Shown: positions 22,601-28,095 of the stretch, piece after piece | How the letters are laid out: each line of letters opens with the position of its first letter | How positions within the stretch are numbered: the stretch's first letter is position 1 | Origin: Catajapyx aquilonaris | Lineage: Eukaryota | Assembly (NCBI GenBank): GCA_000934665.2 | Contig: JYFJ02000166.1 | Location: forward strand, 186,001 to 214,095 | Direction: 5' to 3' | Length of the DNA: 28,095 bases | Notes under the pieces: generated by a model | What the model was told of the DNA's origin: nothing | The model's input: the letters and a program-made list of their open reading frames with translations, nothing else | Databases searched by the model: none | Position numbers and translations under genes: made by a program

Positions 22601-24711
22601 ACCCTGTACCCTTATCTGCCGGCATCCGTACAGTTCGCTTCCAGGCAAAAGTCATTAACTAGTTGTCTGGTGGCACAAATGGCTTCGTTTTTGCCCCGTA
22701 ACGGCGGGAAGCCACAAAGAATTGCTAATGCCAATGGCCACCTTCAAATAATGGTTAGCGTCAAGCAGACTACACCTATACACCCAAGCAGGATCAAGCT
22801 TCTGAAAAGTTTAAAAGCTGCTTTTGCTGGGCTCTCCCGCCTAACATTTTATCGATGTTTTTTGCTGTATATTGCATCAGGATCAAAAACCGATTAAGGA
22901 TTCCTTCAGGTCTGGGATTCACGTATAATCTAGCCAACCTTTGCTCTTTCTCCTGCATGTATAGATAGAGCGTCGTATGTGACATATACTAAACAAATTT
23001 AAAACGGATCCACTGCCCTTATTGTAACTGCTGGACGTTGCATTTCATCCCGTCCAACATGCCAACCAGCTAAAACACATCCCCGAATTGTTTACAAGTT
23101 AAGCTGTCTGGCTGGAAAAGAGAGGGCCTCGACATCAGGCCATGCCGCACCCCCAGCTCTCATGTAAAATGGCGTGATCGAAATACCAGGGGGCAATTTG
23201 CGTCAGGAATAATTAAAGCATAGTTTCCAATCAATTTCCCGGAGATGCCGCAAGGCACTCGGGGTGTACACACACACTGCCCCGCTTATTTTTGCATCGG
23301 TCAGCAAACATTCCAATCACTGGTGCAGCCTCATCCATGTTGACACCAGTTCGGTTATCGGTTATGAAACACCCTGTACCACAATTCCGGGCTCCACCCA
23401 GCATTCCGACGCATTATGGCCGCAGACTGATGTGTCTTTCCAACCCCAAAAGGCGGAGGGAACTTCACTTGTGAATTATGTTGCAGCAGCTCGGTACTCA
23501 CACACAGAGAGGACAGCAAAAGGGGGGGAAGTTTTGCCAACCCCAGCAAACGACAAGCCCTATAATAATTCAGGAAGGTGACTGTTGGCCAACCCTCCCC
23601 CATGGCTTGCACTGCCATCCTCATACTTCATTCATGGATGCACTGCAGTCTTGAATATTTCAAATTCAGAAGCCCCCGGGTTGCCACGTGGATGCCTCGG
23701 ATTTTCTATCGCGGTCACAACACAAGCGTTGAATTTTCATTGCCGCAGTGACCTGCGAGGTGCTGACATTGGTATTGGAATCGACTTTAGGACGATTCTC
23801 AGCAGCTTTTGTGGCCCGGAGACAATTTCATTTTCAGAAGTCACGCCACGTGACCGCCAGGGTTTTAATTCTGCAGACTGTAGCCCCCGGATTGGGAGTC
23901 ATCATCCGTGAACAGTTAAGTCGCCCGGAAAATAGGATTCCCAGACCGCCACCGATACCTCTCCCCCTCCCCCAAAATGCTATTTCACGCCCACATCCGA
24001 GAGAACCTCCCCCACTCGAAATCCTCTCTTCTGCATGAATCAAGTTCATCTGCCGCCTCTCTTGGCCACTGCATTAATTCCGTGTCCGCGTCACTGGACG
24101 CGTTGGACCAGGGCTTAATCCGCCTGCATTGGCGCGACACAACTGCACCGAAATTATCGGTCCGAGCCACGGTTTCCGACACGGGGAGTATCTCAGTCAC
24201 CACGTCAGCAGAAGCCCTGATAAACTGTGTGTCACGGCCCTGTAAAAAGCTCGGATCAAAAAGTCGAAGCGCGGTTTTCCACCCACAAAATCATGCCGGG
24301 TTCCAACTAGCTTTATACTTACAGTTAATATCCTGCCTGTAACAAGTGTCCGACTTGTCCCCTGTTAAAGCCGTCCGACATCCAGTGCTAATCGGGAACT
24401 GTGCTGGTATCACAATCGTGATAACTGATAAGTTAAGCGCTTGCACAACCGGCACACATGAGGTCATATATTGGCGGCCTAATCTCACATCCTCGCGCCT
24501 CATATTGGCCCTGGTGAATGCAGCCATAAATTAACGTTAGCATACAAAAAATATATATATCCTGCAGGGGGGGTCCAAAATTATGGCCAGACTTGGTCCG
24601 GAAACCGCGGACGTACAAAGCCGGGTGACCGACCTGACCAGTCGCGGCCGGTCCTTTGCACGTGGACAAATAAAAATGTGGGGCCTATAGTCTACATTAA
24701 AAAAAAAGATG

Positions 24712-24730
24712 CACACACACACACACACAC
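24712..24730. repeat. (CA)n microsatellite
   Basis: cacacacacacacacacac. Confidence 0.9.
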
Positions 24731-27700
24731 CGAAAAAAGGACCACAGGATCAATCCGCACTCCATCAGAGCTGGACTCACACTAGAAAACATACGCCCCC
24801 AGTGTTTTGCCACGTGATATCCTTTATCAAACTATACATACCATCTGGACCACGATAAGTGTACATAAAAAGGATTGAACTTTAGTCTTCCGCCCGTTGA
24901 ATAGCGATACGCACAACGCAATCGGATGACGCTATATTAATTATTGAGGATGTACTTGCATCATGTTCTAATTAGACCTTACATGTTCCTAACTAGTCGA
25001 GACTCGTGTCGATTAGCAACATCTCTTGGCAACATGTTATGGCAGGACTTTAAAAAACAGTGGAAAAGTCCATCTTCCACCGCACCAAGGTACGGAAAAG
25101 CACACAGAAGCCAGTGTGTATATACACACAAGTTCCCAGCAGCAGCCAATAAGTCTTAGCTTCCCTGCCAGGCAGATGTATTAAAAGCAGCAAAGTGTAT
25201 CGAGGCGGCAAAGGAAGCAGGGCTAGTCGCAAGGCAAGCAGACAACGTGCAAACAAGCAAAAGGAGGGGGTCGCCATCCATCGGGGGGGGGNGGGAAGAC
25301 GAGAAGCAGAAGGCAAAAGCAACCTGGAGGAGAAAACATCTCTCCTGCTGCTCCATCATTCTCCAAGAGCATCATCACCTCGGTCCGTCCTGTGCCACCC
25401 ACCAACGGATGCTGGGGGATTCAGAGCTCCGGAAGCATGTTGATTCACCACACTCGCCAGAAACCCCCCCCTCGGAAGTTGCCATTACTCTATTCTGCAC
25501 TCCAGAAATAGATAATAAGGGGCTGGCTTCTAAAGGTGAAGCTTTGGTGTTGGGAATTACTTAGCCCCGTGTTGGGTAGCCAACAAGGCCTTTGACAAAG
25601 GATGCGTGAACTGCGGCTTTGCTTGTTAGGCAAACTATCATTTCTGCTGAGGTCTAATTCAGGTTACGTCTCACACAAAAAAATTCATAAACAATTTTTT
25701 TTTACATACAGTTCTTTCGTGCTTCCTTACCCTTTTCATGTCAGATAGGCGTTATTGTAGCGTGAAATCTTTAAAAATGTGTGTGGAACGCACGTGCCAG
25801 TTTGTCGGTGAAAATTTCGTATATGTCCTGGGATAACAAATGAAACAGATTTGGGTATGGGCTTTGGGGTTGACTTTTCCAACATCGCAACGATCGGAAA
25901 TGGCGCAAGCGTAAGTCCGCCCCCTATAGAAGTTAAACCTTTTAGGACACGACACGAGCTATTTTTCTTGTTCCATGACAGCCGCTTCACGCAAAGACAT
26001 TTATAACTTTTCAGGGGGGCTGATAAATGCCGCCGTTTCCAATGGATAGAACGGGAAAAAAATCTAGTTCTGCCAACAGATCACAATTTTGCATCATATA
26101 ATGAACAGGCCGAATCAGATGTGACGGTTGCCTCGTCGCCTGATTGACAAATGGGATAGGGTTCATATCATGCCCATCAGCATTATCAACGTCACTTCCA
26201 CCTGCGGTTGTAGCCACTCGACGATATCATACGGCGCAACTAAAAAAACCAGGGTGAAACAGAATATTTCACAACCAGTGATTCTAATTACTCACCAATT
26301 ATAATACACACCCAACCCCACATTGGGGGGCCCATATTCGCACTAGAACATCTCCACAAAATTATTCATTATCATAATTCGTGTCAGGATGCCTCCTGCT
26401 GCATTAATATGAATGTCTTCTGCGGAGAGACCAATAACGTTTTGCTTATTCAAACCGCGTCTGGCGGAAAGAGAAACGGGATATCGCTTATACCCCCAAC
26501 CCCCATCATGTAATTGGAATATGCAACATTCAGGAAACCATGTCTGATTTACCAGCCCCTCTTCTTCTTCTCTCTCTGCATATACACTGTTCCAGCCCTA
26601 GTACATTTATGCATCGCGGAGATGAAATGCGGTGCTTGAGATGGAGGCGGTCGGTGGCTGGGAAGACAAATCGAAACTGAAAAAGTATAAAGTTCCTCTC
26701 CTTGGCTATGGTCTCAAGCGGCCTGAAAAAACATTCAACTTTGGAATGGACTGTCGAAACGGATGATAAAAAGAAAACGCGTGGGGGCGATAAGTGTGTG
26801 TTTCTTTTTCTGTGGGTTGAAGCTTTGAAGGGTGATAAATGATAAGATAAAAAAGTTGTGCGCTTTCCAGTCACGCAACGCCGAAAAGCGGATTAAAAAA
26901 GCGTGCTGCAGGGAGTTATATTATTTTAAAAAAAAGAAGCATAGGAAACAAAACGCTGTGTGCGATGTGTTACAGTGAGAGAGTGTTTGAATATCATCCG
27001 CACTTTCCTGCGTCGAAAATCCTCCCCCGGGATAAGTGCCAACGCTTGTTCGTCACTGCTGGAAATTAGCCATAAAATTCGCATAAGCGGACTTGTTCCT
27101 GCTGAAAACCTACGCCTGGAAACTCGGAGCCACCCCCCTCACATTTGGAGGAAATAATTCGGAGAAAATTATGCAACAAGTCCCTTAGTGATACGCGCCC
27201 GGTCAATTATGCGTGTATGCAAAAAAAAAAGCTACCACATTTTTCGACTGGGCTCCCGTTAATTGAACCGATTCCGCACATTTTTATAACCGCCATATAT
27301 CACATTAAACCTGTCGACAATACCGGCGCTTATAATTGGGCATGAAACTTACTTTTTATGCAGGCTTAGTTTTTTAAAAAAAATCACCGGTCCATTCATG
27401 TCACAACAGATAGCAGTTACAGACATCCCACATCATAAACGGACAGTGAACCTATGTGTGTACTATAGATAAAAATCGCGAATTCAATGCTACAAAAATC
27501 ATTGCGTATATAGTACTCGGGTTCATGTGCAAATTGTTTACTCCACCCGTTTAAAGTGAATCAACAATTCATTTATTCCCTTTAAACTGCTGGAATTAAC
27601 TGTCCAGAATTGGACGGTGTTATGCAATAAGTAATGAGTCAACCCACATGAAAAATGCTTTGAGGAAAAGGGCTTTGAATGTCACACCTGTGAAATTTTG

Positions 27701-28095
27701 GTCATTTATGGCAGAAGTATGAAGATTTCGACAGCTTGATTTTAACTACATGAAGTACGTACGATCCTTTAGGTAGCATATATATGTTCCTGGGTTTAAC
27801 TCAATTTTGACATTTTTGTGGGTTAACACGTTATTGCATATTACCGTTCAATTTGTTGTTTTTAATTTTATATATGTTTATAATTTTCTGTTGGATTGTA
27901 TGGGCAGTGTGATGATTCGCAGAAATCTCGAGGTCACTCGAATCTTCTGACCTCTCAATTTCTGAGAATTCTGCTCGTCCTAGCTGCTCCTTTGGTTCGC
28001 GAATTATTATTGAGCACGCATTTTCCACCCTGGTGTGGAAAGTCGTACGCCGCGGAATGCAACTCGATCCCGCTGAATTGCGAATATACGACTCC

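Noticed and set aside
23985..24240. Minus-strand open frame after a ttttacag acceptor
   Set aside because: No recognisable protein and no clear donor; cannot be assigned as an exon.
24565..24595. cagggggggtccaaaattatggccagact, a Tc1/maT-like TIR word
   Set aside because: Not flanked by TA and no inverted partner seen.
24981..25040. Imperfect palindrome ctagtcgagac/gtgtcgattag
   Set aside because: Too short and degenerate to classify.
20320..26300. Candidate donors for upstream UTR exons (about 20325, 20483, 25727, 26290)
   Set aside because: Several equally plausible GT sites; the promoter and first exon cannot be located from sequence alone.
1..28095. tRNA, rRNA, CRISPR or prokaryotic operon structure
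   Set aside because: No T-loop or cloverleaf, rRNA signatures, regular repeat-spacer arrays or dense ORFs. The spliceosomal gene structure indicates eukaryotic DNA.

Overview
Eukaryotic, most likely arthropod, genomic DNA that is almost entirely non-coding. The only coding sequence I can recognise is the 5' part of a minus-strand polypeptide N-acetylgalactosaminyltransferase gene (GT27, resembling Drosophila pgant9/CG30463). It has an ATG-bearing exon (19605-19320, CDS from 19493), a 62-nt intron and a 386-nt exon (19257-18872) ending in a phase-2 GTGAGT donor. I found no catalytic-domain exon downstream, so 1-18871 is probably part of one intron of more than 18.8 kb. 19606-28095 is upstream intron or flank. 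The large intron holds several non-autonomous transposon candidates recognised by structure only: a DINE-1/HINE-like element (5201-5853) with a nested ~320-bp foldback palindrome, a short Helitron-like element (4381-4595), a second HINE/Helitron-like end (8269-8318) and small TIR elements. I see no RNA genes or CRISPR, and no evidence for a new multi-gene system. The most interesting leads are the HINE plus foldback composite, the direct-repeat-flanked 62-nt intron with alternative splice solutions, and a minimal uORF. Most ORF-track entries look like chance ORFs.
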